29,755 nt of DNA from Macrostomum lignano. Lineage: Eukaryota. A model generated the notes under the pieces. That model ran no database searches and had not been told where the DNA came from. It worked only from the letters and a program-made list of their open reading frames with translations. A program made the position numbers and the translations under genes. The stretch lies in assembly GCA_002269645.1 (NCBI GenBank), contig NIVC01004972.1, positions 1 through 29,755 on the forward strand, in the 5' to 3' direction. Shown piece by piece: positions 9,501 to 18,616 of the stretch (the first letter of the stretch is position 1; each line of letters opens with the position of its first letter).

Positions 9501-10993
9501 GCGGTGGCTGGTACAGAGATTGGCTGCTGTGATACTGCTGCTGCATCAGGCCTTCGGCTTTAAAGCGGCTCTTGATGCCTCCGCTTGTCGACTGTTGGGC
9601 TCCGGAGCATCGCTGCTTCTGCTTCTCCTGGACGTGGGCCCAGTGTCGGTTAGAGGATTCGCGCGTCGAATTCGATGCAGCCGCAGCTGTCAGGGACGTC
9701 GACGAAGATGAAGATGGCGGCAGCGAGTTTGACGGTAGAAGGAAAAGAAATTTGTCCTCGGCTGGGCGCTGGAATTCGAATTGTGAAATCTGATTTGTCT
9801 GAACACAATATTTGTCTGCCTAACGTGCAGCTGAATGTACTTAACAATCTAATGAATTAAGAAACTTGAAGACAGAAAAGGTCAACAGACTTACTCGAAC
9901 TTTCTCCGCCTCAGGCCCTCGATGATGCGACCGCTTCTCACGAGCCGAGTCGAACTGGCGATCGGATGAGGATCTGATCGAGGATGGCAGGAATGAGTAA
10001 GACAGTTTGCATATTCAGTAGGCAATCCGCCAAGTCTCTGTCATCATAAGTTCACTGGATTTAAGGGCAACGCGGCGACATTGAATCAGCATTCAGCGAC
10101 GACGTATTATGTACGAGTATTATACTTTCGAGATGAAATTGATACACAAGAAAAGTTATGTACTTTTTTACTGTAATCTTACCATGAGGCAGGGATTTTG
10201 ACCGAAGTCAAAATGCCCTATATACATGTAGGCCACAAATAAACCCAGATTCTCATTTAAACAATTGGACATTTTATTACACCTGCTCTAATGGCAGATG
10301 TGCAACCGATAGCTCAGCCGCAGCTATTGCGCGGCGCATCTGAAGGCTGCGTACGGCTGTTCAGTCCAAGGACTGGGGGTCGCCACACACACCCTCAATT
10401 ACTCCAGCTACGAAATACGGTACCCATTTTACAGCTGGGTGAACTGAAGCAATGCAGAGTTAAGTGTCTTGCTCAAGGACACGTTCCGGACAAGTTCTCG
10501 TTCCGAATGGGTCGATAGAACGAATCCCCGACATTTAAGTCGTGAGTCCGACGCTAAGTCTAACCACTAGGCTGCAACCCCTATCCAATATTGGACTGCA
10601 TTGAAAATGTTGTTATCCAATAGTCCCATATTTTACGCTTTGATCTTGGTTTATTTAAAAATAACGACAACCATCGTGAAACAATGCATTCTTTTTATAC
10701 GCGTAAGCAAAACGGATTTTTACGGGTGGTTACGTGTTTTCGTGACGCCATTATTTGAGAAGGCCCTTGAAGCACTATTTGCACCTATATTTACCTGTGG
10801 GAATCTTTTAGCGAACACCAGCTTTAAGGGCTCCAAAGCAGTAACGGGTCGCATCCGGGTTGTCTGCTAGCAATTTTAATTGTCAATGACCAGGAATATC
10901 CCTCCCAACAGGCTTAACTCACCTTCCAAGAGCGCCATCCTTGTCCAACTTGACCGTCAGTATCTTCCTGACGGTTGGCTGCTGGTGATCCAT
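449..10993 (-). CDS. Tpm: Tropomyosin gene, multi-exon and alternatively spliced (overall span)
   Basis: Joined exons 7986-8135, 7535-7668, 7002-7119, 5873-6019, 3514-3576 and 2614-2683 read MAAEKNNQTQGVLSVLKQKMQGLK...AETEVQSLARRIQLLEDELEQTEGRL...ARKVLENRQNIDD...VRRKLQLAEEQLAKAEDR...LKSLEISEAK...AEERAESAER. All have GT-AG boundaries, matching phases and the canonical tropomyosin exon sizes. Confidence 0.95.
743..812 (-). CDS. Tpm: Tropomyosin exon 8-like copy b (70 nt): SERRREAAERAAFARQVENEQLE
   Basis: Acceptor AATAACAG, donor GTATTA, exactly 70 nt and phase 0 to 1 like canonical exon 8; the A.R.AE.AER...LE pattern is diverged but recognisable. Confidence 0.65.
1005..2282. repeat. Minisatellite, 29-32 bp unit GATTGTTGAGATGTCAAGGCTCACG(G)n, roughly 36 well-formed copies plus degenerate flanking units
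   Basis: Direct reading; length variation lies mainly in the G run. Located in a tropomyosin intron. Confidence 0.97.
1103..1150 (+). repeat. Interstitial telomere-like hexamer run (TTAGGG and variants), 8 units in register
   Basis: TTATGG TTACGG TTAGGG TTAGGT TTGGGG TTAGGG TTAGGA TTAGGG. Confidence 0.7.
2283..2367 (+). mobile_element. Dispersed repeat end shared with 27038-27111, finishing in CTAGT (possible Helitron/HINE-like 3' end)
   Basis: 49 bp match with 3 mismatches to 27038-27086, plus an identical GGGCGCTGATTGCTAGT. Contains the palindrome CTACATGTAG. The element class is inference. Confidence 0.55.
2614..2683 (-). CDS. Tpm: Tropomyosin exon 8 copy a (70 nt): AEERAESAEREAANRQKEIDETE
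   Basis: Acceptor TTCAAG, donor GTAACG, 70 nt; clear match to the tropomyosin AEARAEFAERSV.KLQKEVD.LE region. Confidence 0.9.
3000..3417. repeat. Highly homogeneous 16-bp minisatellite CGCCAGCACCAAGGGG, about 26 copies
   Basis: Period 16 throughout, with one variant unit near 3251; explains the ORFs 2869..3436. Confidence 0.98.
3514..3576 (-). CDS. Tpm: Tropomyosin exon 7 (63 nt): SVQKEESNEKLIMDLTLKLKE
   Basis: Acceptor CCTTTCACAG, donor GTGAGC, canonical 63 nt, phase 0 to 0. Confidence 0.93.
3897..5336. repeat. Minisatellite, 36-38 bp unit GATAGATTAGCAATYCAWCTGATSCCTAATCCTCWG, about 39 copies, two sub-variants
   Basis: Direct reading; intronic. Confidence 0.97.
5460..5568 (-). CDS. Tpm: Candidate alternative tropomyosin exon 6-like: (S)KVLELEEALRAAGIRLGSREISEQL-AASSRLRAAST
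   Basis: Strong polypyrimidine tract and TCCAG acceptor in phase 2, as for canonical exon 6. Aligns with [25 protein letters not shown]. The 3' boundary is uncertain (GTGGGA at 5459, or read-through to a stop). Confidence 0.5.
5873..6019 (-). CDS. Tpm: Tropomyosin fused exon 5+6 (147 nt): VRRKLQLAEEQLAKAEDRSDAAEKKVKELRDELNLVTIHLKSLEISEAK
   Basis: Acceptor ATTAAG, donor GTTTGG; 71+76 = 147 nt; strong tropomyosin similarity. Confidence 0.95.
7002..7119 (-). CDS. Tpm: Tropomyosin exon 4 (118 nt): (R)ARKVLENRQNIDDSRINQLEQLVNEATDAASDAETNLEE
   Basis: Acceptor AAACAG, donor GTGATG, canonical size, phase 2 to 0. Confidence 0.95.
7535..7668 (-). CDS. Tpm: Tropomyosin exon 3 (134 nt): AETEVQSLARRIQLLEDELEQTEGRLNDTNQKLQEANKTAEESE(R)
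   Basis: Acceptor TTTTTCTAG, donor GTAAAT, canonical size; hallmark RRIQLLEDELE motif. Confidence 0.97.
7986..8135 (-). CDS. Tpm: Tropomyosin exon 1b-type first coding exon (short, cytoskeletal-type isoform), 50 aa
   Basis: MAAEKNNQTQGVLSVLKQKMQGLKNDLDKVTDELERKEEELKMEVELRNS followed by donor GTAATT, phase 0 into exon 3. Confidence 0.92.
8272..8279 (-). promoter_or_regulatory. Possible TATA box (TATATAAA) of the short tropomyosin isoform
   Basis: TATATAAA on minus about 140 nt upstream of the ATG at 8135; position is plausible but unverified. Confidence 0.35.
8707..9819 (-). CDS. Tpm: Large alternative tropomyosin exon encoding a low-complexity disordered region (up to 371 aa) ending ...AEIQNMISQSLRK
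   Basis: The frame is stop-free from 9819 to 8707 and ends at donor AAG|GTAGGA in phase 0, which matches exon 3. It contains polyQ, RS-rich and basic tracts. The exact acceptor is ambiguous (several in-frame AGs between 9820 and 9769). Confidence 0.8.
9895..9973 (-). CDS. Tpm: Candidate upstream exon of the long tropomyosin isoform: (R)SSSDRQFDSAREKRSHHRGPEAEKVR
   Basis: Pyrimidine-rich acceptor GATCAG, perfect donor GTAAGT; 79 nt, phase 2 to 0, fitting both neighbours. Confidence 0.55.
10276..10581 (-). mobile_element. tRNA-headed SINE with CORE/Meta-type central domain, near full length
   Basis: Reverse-complement match to 28681-28962 along its length, including TGTCCTTGAGCAAGACACTTAACTCTGCATTGCTTCAG...CTGTAAAATGGG. 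Confidence 0.9.
10923..10993 (-). CDS. Tpm: Candidate first coding exon of the long tropomyosin isoform: MDHQQPTVRKILTVKLDKDGALG(R)
   Basis: ATG at 10993 with an in-frame stop upstream; donor AG|GTGAGT in phase 2 matches 9895-9973. A strong acceptor at 11056 lies 62 nt upstream of the ATG. Confidence 0.5.
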
Positions 10994-13842
10994 GAGTAAG
11001 CAGTCGCCAAACTTCTGACGCGCCCGCGGTCCTGAGCGACTTTTCTAGCAGTGCCCTGGCATCGATATTGCAAAAAGAGAAAGAAATGACAACAAAAAGT
11101 CTGGCCCCGGCCTGTTGCTGCAATGCAGCTTTTCTCTCCTCCTTGCGGCGCCGCGGAGGGGAAGCTACGCAGGAGAAGGGAATAGGCTAGACTGCACGCT
11201 GCAGTGCGCAATGGACCAGGGGAAGGTCACAGTCCGGACAGGGGATTGCGCAGTGCCAGCACCGGGATCAAGGAATGCTCGATCGTCTGCTGACCCCCCC
11301 CCTCCAGCCCCAGCCCTTCACCAGTTGGCTGTAGGTGGAGACGGAAAGTCAAGGACGCTGCAGGATGCTGAAGCTGCATGGGCGAGCGAGCCAACCAAGC
11401 GTGCGAATGTTGGTACAGGTCGTAGAGAGGAGGCGGCAGCAGCTGAGGTCTGCACTGTTACTGGAAGGAATTTTCCTGCAGACTATGGGGTTTGGGCAGT
11501 CCGAATACCGATGCGTCACTGCACAGTCTGCGTCACTGCAGCTGCTGCATGCTACTGTTCCCGATTGCGAAGCCGCTTGCTTGCATGGGGATTGAATTCG
11601 GGCAGTGCGCCCTGCTGGGGAGGGTCATCCCAAATTGGTAGATCCCCGCCTTAGCTTAATGGGAGAATTTGGTAGCTAATTGCAGATTTTTTCGGATAAA
11701 ATGACTCGAAACCTATTTATTGACGAACGACGGTGGGCACCAATGTTGATCCAACGGATGCGGGAACACTGGGTAAGATCTGACCGTTTGTTAACCTAGC
11801 TACTTAAAACAAATATGCAATATATGAGACAGAACCCTTAGTTCTTACCGGCCTCCATCTCATTTCTAAGAAAATCAAGTGTAACGCCTTTTTACCTCAG
11901 CTGCCTATGGTAAATTTCCACGCGTAAAATCAAAAGCGCCCACTTAACAATCGGTCATCTGACAGCATCCACTTTAAAGTACAATGCCAGCTATACTGTA
12001 AGTGGCGCGCAGCAGCCAGACAAAAAGCAGAATAATAGAATTGCAGCGAGAGCAGCAGCTGTAGAAAGCGATCCATTATTCCCCATCGTGCATTTAAGCT
12101 ATAGCGACTGTGCATGTTACGTCTATGGATACAGCCAGCGCGACCTATACTGTCTCTGAATTTTACTGAACTGTGTAACCGCCAGTTCAATCCGATCCAT
12201 CACTAGTCAGACCGCAGCAGCCTGCGCGGCCTCATAAGGGAGGTCAAAAGTGGCTTCTTCAGCTATACACAACCGCGTCTGTTGAACACAATGACAATAA
12301 AAATTCCTCATTTAACTGGCAGCGCGGCGTCCAAAAGTTCAGCCCGTCTGGCTTCTGGCCAATTTGTTGGGCAAAAACTTTAGCTAAGGCTAAGGCTGGA
12401 ATGATTAAAAAATTCCATAAGCAGACAGAAAGAATTGCAGCCCTGTGCATGTCCGCATTGCTGGGAAAGTAAACAAATTGGAATATTCTCTAAGGGGTAA
12501 AGGAAATTCGCTTTTAAGCTACTGTTAGTAGCTTCCGTTCCAGAAAATTCCTGAGATTTAGTTGAGGCACCTTTTAATAACCAAGGAGCACTTGAGCTAT
12601 TCGTTATTTTCCTCTGCCAAAGTATTCAGTAAATAGATTCTCTTTGACAATGTGAGATTTCGACTTTATGAAACGCCTCCGTTACAACAAAACCCTCCAA
12701 AGTCCTGGTTCAAATCAATCTTGAAAGGTTAAACGATCAAAGTACAATTAATTGCTATTACTATGCATATACATAATATATCTGTGTAACGAGAAATAAA
12801 ATGGAATTTCTACACAATACTCCGCAAGTATATTTGCTCAAAATTATGCTTAAAAGCTGAAACATACTACTTTACTCGTACGCACAAATGTAATAAACGT
12901 ACAATGCACGAGTCTAGAAGTGCGTTTAAATATAAAAAATGCCATTATAATAATCAGACAATGACATACTACTAACCTATAATCAACAATGAAAACAAAT
13001 ACCGTACGAAGAAACAAGTGTTTAAATTTAACTATAATAAAAGTTGCTGAGTTGAGAACTGTGAAAATTAAGAGAGCATTAGGAACCTGATTTTATCTTG
13101 CAGCGATACGGCACGTTAAAATGTGTCATCCAGTTTAGTACTTATTTTTCAATACGATCACACTATACCAACTATACCAGCTATACCAACTGTAACGTTA
13201 CTGTTTACTAACTATCATAAATACAAAATACTAATTCATATAATCCTGGGCTGGATGTTCGTCCCGAATCGGGGAAAACCGGCTGAGTCCGGTTTCCTCT
13301 TGCCCCTTGTGCCCCTCTCCGCCCCCTTGGCCTGGCCTCCAAAATAGAGCTGGATAGGCGATACCCTTGTGGCTTGCAGCCCTATAGGAGGATTTGTGCG
13401 GTTGCCTACCTGATAGGAGACTCGCCCTCGGATACAAGCCTTCCAGACTCACTCCAATTATCAAGCCATTTCCGTAGACTTTAGGATATTCCCTGCTCTC
13501 GGACCGCTTTCTAACATATTTCATTCCAATTCTTTTTTCGCGCACTCCCGGGATTTGTCTGCTGGGTGGTGGCCTGAGTGGACTCGGTCCTTGCACCGTC
13601 CCTGATTCCACTAATATTGGGTTGGCGGTGTCTTAGTCCATAAGGCTTAGGTTAGTAGCTCCAATATGCCCCCTGGCCTAGACTTCGGGGTCCAATCAGG
13701 CGGGTATCTCGGGCTTTATGCCCCTGGTAGTGCCCCTCAGCGGCAGAGCCCCTCTCAGGGCTGATCCGCGGGTAGCCCCCAGCTTCCCACCCCCGTTTAA
13801 CAACAATCATATAATCGTAGTTCATAGAGCGCTTTGGATCAC

Positions 13843-14130
13843 GGAAGGGTAGCACACATGCACCAGAAAGGATCAGGAAGGGTAGCACACTCGCTCCAGA
13901 AAGGATCAGGATAGGTAGCACACATGCACCAGAAAGGATCAGGAAGGGTAGCACAGTCGCTCCAGAAAGGATCTGGAAGGGTAGCACACTCGCTCAAGAA
14001 AGGATCAGGAAGGGTAGCACAGTCGCTCCAGAAAGATCAGGAAGGGTAGCACACTCGCTCCAGAAAGGATAGGGAAGGGTAGCACGGTCGCTCCAGAAAG
14101 GATAGGGAAGGATAGCACACTCCAAAAAGG
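13843..14130. repeat. Minisatellite, 33 bp unit GGAAGGGTAGCACACTCGCTCCAGAAAGGATCA, about 8-9 copies
   Basis: Direct reading; explains the repetitive ORFs 13652..13987 and 14005..14214. Confidence 0.95.
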
Positions 14131-14257
14131 GTCAAGAAAAGATTGAGGATTAAAAGGAAACGCAAGTCTAATTAACTGAAAGATGAAATTGTTGAAAGAA
14201 AACAATAGACGCATTTGATAACGCAGCCGTCAGTAGTTGAGATCGCCATCCCCAAAG

Positions 14258-14641
14258 CTACCACTTGAAATCCGTGACTGGGTTGGCTTTGTACGCGCAA
14301 TATTCGCTCTGATTAAAGTAGGACAGCTCCGCCTCGTGAACTAAGCCGCAGCTGGACAAGATGGCCGAATCGTCGCTCAGAGTCAGCGCCTCATCATTGT
14401 CAACATTGACAACTAGATCGTTAGGCTTGGCAGCCTGGGGTAGGCAATGAATTTTCAAAGTGTCAAAGTTGAACGATTTAAAAGTTGGCGGCAGCGACCT
14501 GCTTGTTGCTATGGCGTTGCGAATAGCGACTTTCAGTTCGGCTACAGTCAGCTTATCTAGGTCAAGCGAGTGCAGCACCAAGTTGCGCACATTCTTGAAC
14601 TCAAAGGATCGAATCAAGCGGACAGTCAACGTTGACGTCAT
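14258..14641 (-). CDS. C2orf76: UPF0538 protein C2orf76 homolog (DUF2340), 127 aa, single coding exon
   Basis: MTSTLTVRLIRSFEFKNVRNLVLH...LPPTFKSFNFDTLKI...KPNDLVVNVDNDE...EAELSYFNQSEYCAYKANP matches the family motifs TVRLIRSFE, LPPPF..Y.YD.LKI, K.N.LV and Y..YKANP. The true start is Met40 of the listed ORF. Confidence 0.93.
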   Translation of the reverse strand: MTSTLTVRLIRSFEFKNVRNLVLHSLDLDKLTVAELKVAIRNAIATSRSLPPTFKSFNFDTLKIHCLPQAAKPNDLVVNVDNDEALTLSDDSAILSSCGLVHEAELSYFNQSEYCAYKANPVTDFKW

Positions 14642-15076
14642 TTGGAGTGACACTGACAGGCCGGGCCAACGCGCTGAAGCAATTAAAGATAAAGAAAAAA
14701 ATAATAGCAGTTTGTTTTCAACTAAAATAACACGTTTTCTGTTGAAATGTAGTTGCAAACTGCAACTAGCCTAGCTGGGATAAAAAAGTAAAAAACTTTC
14801 TCTGTCCAGGTCACTTCATCCCTAGGAAACATTTTGTCCAAAAAGTTCATCTTTGAGTTATTGTCAAATTTGCAAAACTATAAAGATTAAATACAGGATA
14901 GCCTAAACAACTTTAAAGGTTCTAGGAATATACATATAGGCTAAACCCAAAGGCCCATCAGCTTATTGTTTGTTTTTAAATACTTGAGAATTTAATACCA
15001 TTTGACATACATTACCAATTCGAAGCTAGCTACAGTCAAACTTAGTTAAAAAGGATCACTAAAAACAATAAAAGTA

Positions 15077-15268
15077 GGGTTGTAGCCTAGTGGTTAGAGC
15101 ATTGGACTCTCAATTGAAAGGTTGATTAAATTCTTGACCCACTCTGAACAATGCTGTGTCCTTGAGCAAGACACTTAACTCTGCATTGCTTCAGTTCACA
15201 TAGCTGTAAAATGGTTGCCAGCATTAGCTAGGGTAATTGAAGGAGTGTGTGGCGACCCCCTAGTCCTT
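15077..15268 (+). mobile_element. Same SINE family, 3'-truncated and more diverged copy
   Basis: A-box-like TAGCCTAGTGG, decayed B box, core TGTGTCCTTGAGCAAGACACTTAACTCTGCATTGCTTCAG. Confidence 0.88.
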
Positions 15269-15488
15269 CTGAGCCTCCTGAGCTCATTTTTGAGATGCAT
15301 TCATTTACTAAAAAATGAATCCTCCCAACCCTATATTTTCAAGCAAATTTGGCAGTTTTGAAAATGTAAAAAATGTATACAATGTCTGACAATCTGTATC
15401 TTTGTAATTGTATGTACTAAACATATAAACTATATGTTTGAAAGATCTTCTATTTATCTATTTTTCAATGAATATAAGCACATTGCCA

Positions 15489-18400
15489 TAGGCCTATCTG
15501 AAATATTCAAAAATATTAGCCATCTAAAAAAGATCACTTTTTTTACATTTTTTTCATTTTTGCACATACTAAAAATAGGCTAACTGGATACTATAATTAT
15601 ATAAACTTAATTTGTAATAAAAGTTTCAATATTTTTAGCTTAGGCCTATACTTAAGAAGGTTAGTTACTGATAAGGCCTATGCGGGTATGCCAGATATTT
15701 CTAGCATACTAGGCCTATTCAATTTAGCCATTTTAGAAAACCACTTTAGCATATTATTCAAGTTTAAGGTATTTTTTTAATATACAAGAATTTTTCAACA
15801 ACAACAATTATATTTAACAATAATTATATACAACTAAAGATATTGGCAATCTTTCAGTAGGGCCTACCCCTATAAATTCCAAACATTTCTTAAACTAAAA
15901 ATGATTTTTCAAGTAAATGTGACTCACAATCTTTCAGGCTAAAGTGAGGCTGATTTTAAAGAAAATTTGTTTGAATAATTAATATATAAAGTATATTCAA
16001 GTCATTAAGCCTGGTCAATCAGACATGATTATTGATTGGCTTATCCTAAATTAAAAGTATAGCAAAAGTATCAGTGATTACTATACAAAAATCAAAATGA
16101 AATAGCATTATAATTATATTTAAACAAATTTACTTTTAAAAAAGCTAATTTTTCTTTAGCTTATGGTGAAAGATAATTCCTTAAACTTACTTGAAATATC
16201 ATTTTTAGGTGAAAAAATCATTTTTGGAATTTAACGGGGTACAGAAGGATCACCAAAATATGTATATAATATAAATTCTTTTTTGACATGACTTCTGCAA
16301 TGATATAACCAAAACTAGAGGATGGCTACTGAGTGCTATGATGTCCCCTTATCTGGCACTAGTGCCCCCACAATTTACCCCTATAAAGTCCCAGCAAAGC
16401 ATCTGAAACTAAATCAAAATCATATTGTTACTTAAAAATGTAATATGCAATTCAGGAAATATTTTTTATGGAAAACAAAAAATGGTTAGGCCTATCTTAC
16501 ATTTTATGCTGTATTGTAAGAATAGCAAAATAACTATTAATAACTATTAAAAAACAGCTATAACTATTTGTATGGTCAACTTAACAATAAACTGCCTTGG
16601 GCACAATGATGAGGCAGCTAGGCTGGACCGGGCCTTTAAGATTTTCGCAGAAACGGATTTACCATTTAATTAAAAAGTCATTGACCAGTTCGAGAGTTTT
16701 AGCTCTCCTATATGTTCATACCTGAATTGGTGTGGTGCATTTATACTGCATTATTTTTTGTGTGATTACCCTAGAAAATTTCCTTTGTTACTTTGTTACT
16801 TTGTTAGGATCCTTTGAGATTTTTCTGTTTTTTTAAATGTGATCATCGCATAAATGCATGGCTCGCGCGCGGAGCCCTGAGAAGTTGTTTTTATGTTGAG
16901 CAACTTGAACCGCACTTTAAGAATTCGTAAATTAAGCTAGTCTGTGTCTGTCTACATCATACCTACTAGTGCGTAGGGCCTAATGAGTATGGATCCGGTA
17001 GTGGTATTCTGGCAGTGCAATTTATGGATAGGCCTAATATAGTATAAACATTATACTTTTTATCGGGTGGTGGATAGGGGCCTTTTGAGATTTTGTTCCT
17101 GAATTAAGATGAGATCAGGAGTCAGGACCAAATGATGACTTTCGAAACGAGATACATCTAATATTCAAACACTAAATTAGTAGATAACTGCCTGCAGCTG
17201 CAGGAGGCACTGCTGGATCCATAGCCATTAGATAATAAGAGATAAGTTCTGGTGCCAGAACTTTAGGCCTAGCCATTGCCAAACAAATGTTCTTTTGGAA
17301 TGCTTATGTAATAGGCCCTAGTTTATAGTAGGCTATTTTGCTTGTTTGGTACTAGAATAGCCTAGTAATTGCCTAGGCTTACTAGTGCAATATTCCTACC
17401 ATTTAATTGTATAGATCATTATAGTAGGCCTAGCCAGCTAGCCTACTTCATTTGGTAACACATTGGCACTATCCAAATAGAGTTAACCTTGGTAGACATA
17501 GATATTGTCATGTTCAACAGCCATTCTGGTTGCAATAGGCCTAGTAAAATATGCTTTAGAATTAGAAAACTTTATGAATTATATTTTGGAAGATTTAAAT
17601 TTAAAAAATACTTTTTGAATTTTTTTCTCTTTATCATTTATCATATAACAATACCTATATATATAACATAATTCTAAAAGAATTATAATATATAAGAATG
17701 CTAGTAGAATAAGGTCTATTATTCTAGGCCTATTGTAATTTATCAATATATAAACTTTGTATTTTGCAAAACTTTTTGATTTACTTTTAATGTCAATGTT
17801 AAAAAAAAGTAAAATTAAATTTTTAAATTATAAAAATTTTAATTTGCTAAATAGGCCTAATAATAAATTATTAAGAACCAAGTTTAAAGCCATAGTTAGA
17901 TAAAGGCCTAGATAGGCCTAGCCTTTTCATAGAAAATTCTAGTACTAAAAAGGTTGAACATGCACTATCCTAATGTATTCTAGCATAACAGCAAACAAGA
18001 GAAAAAATATAGTGCAAAATAATACAAGACAAAAAGTTTTTGCATGATAATAATTAATAATATTTTGTTGACAGAAAATTAGTGCTAATATAGTGTTATA
18101 TTGGTGGCTTTTTCAGTTAAAATATGTCAAAATTATAGTTTCTATAAAACAGATTTAAATACAAATTTTATTTGTATTTTTCTAAATGAAAATACTAATA
18201 AGTAGGCAGTAGGTAGCAGCACTTGGAAGACTTTACTCAAAGACTAAAAGTTAAGAAAACAAAATGGTTATAAAAACTAAGATGTTATGTTTTTTTGACA
18301 AAAAATATTTAGCACATAGCAGAAGCAACTGTATTTAATTTTTAATAGGAATAGTTCTGGTGCATAGTGCAAACAAACTTTTTTGATAGGATTTGTTCCA

Positions 18401-18616
18401 ATGTACAATGCAAGCAAACTTTTTTTTATGATTTGCTTTAGCATAGTTGTTCTATAATCCTAAGATTATGGGTTTAACAAAAATAAAAAAGTAACAAAAA
18501 TTGATTACAACCCATACTCAGGAAGGTATCATATGTGTATAAGAATAATTTTTAGCATATTTTCAGAGTATGTACTATGCACCAAGGGGAAGTACAAATT
18601 TATACACTAAGGCCTA
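15489..18616. other. AT-rich spacer with clustered palindrome TAGGCCTA
   Basis: Exact copies start at 15489, 15641, 15710, 16487, 17029, 17264, 17425, 17536, 17725, 17852 and 17913, plus AAGGCCTA, TAGGGCCTA and TAGGCCCTA variants. Confidence 0.8.

Noticed and set aside
10923-10993. ILTVKLDKDGALG resembles the first strand and GLGF loop of a PDZ domain
   Set aside because: No remaining PDZ elements follow in any exon I can find.
11115-11654. 179-aa plus-strand ORF and overlapping 86-aa ORF
   Set aside because: No recognisable domain or splice support; likely chance ORFs in the GC-rich upstream region of tropomyosin.
14642-14758. Hydrophobic 39-aa N-terminal extension of the C2orf76 ORF (apparent signal or TM segment)
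   Set aside because: It is the translation of a polypyrimidine tract and 3' splice site; homology starts at MTSTLTVRLIRSF.
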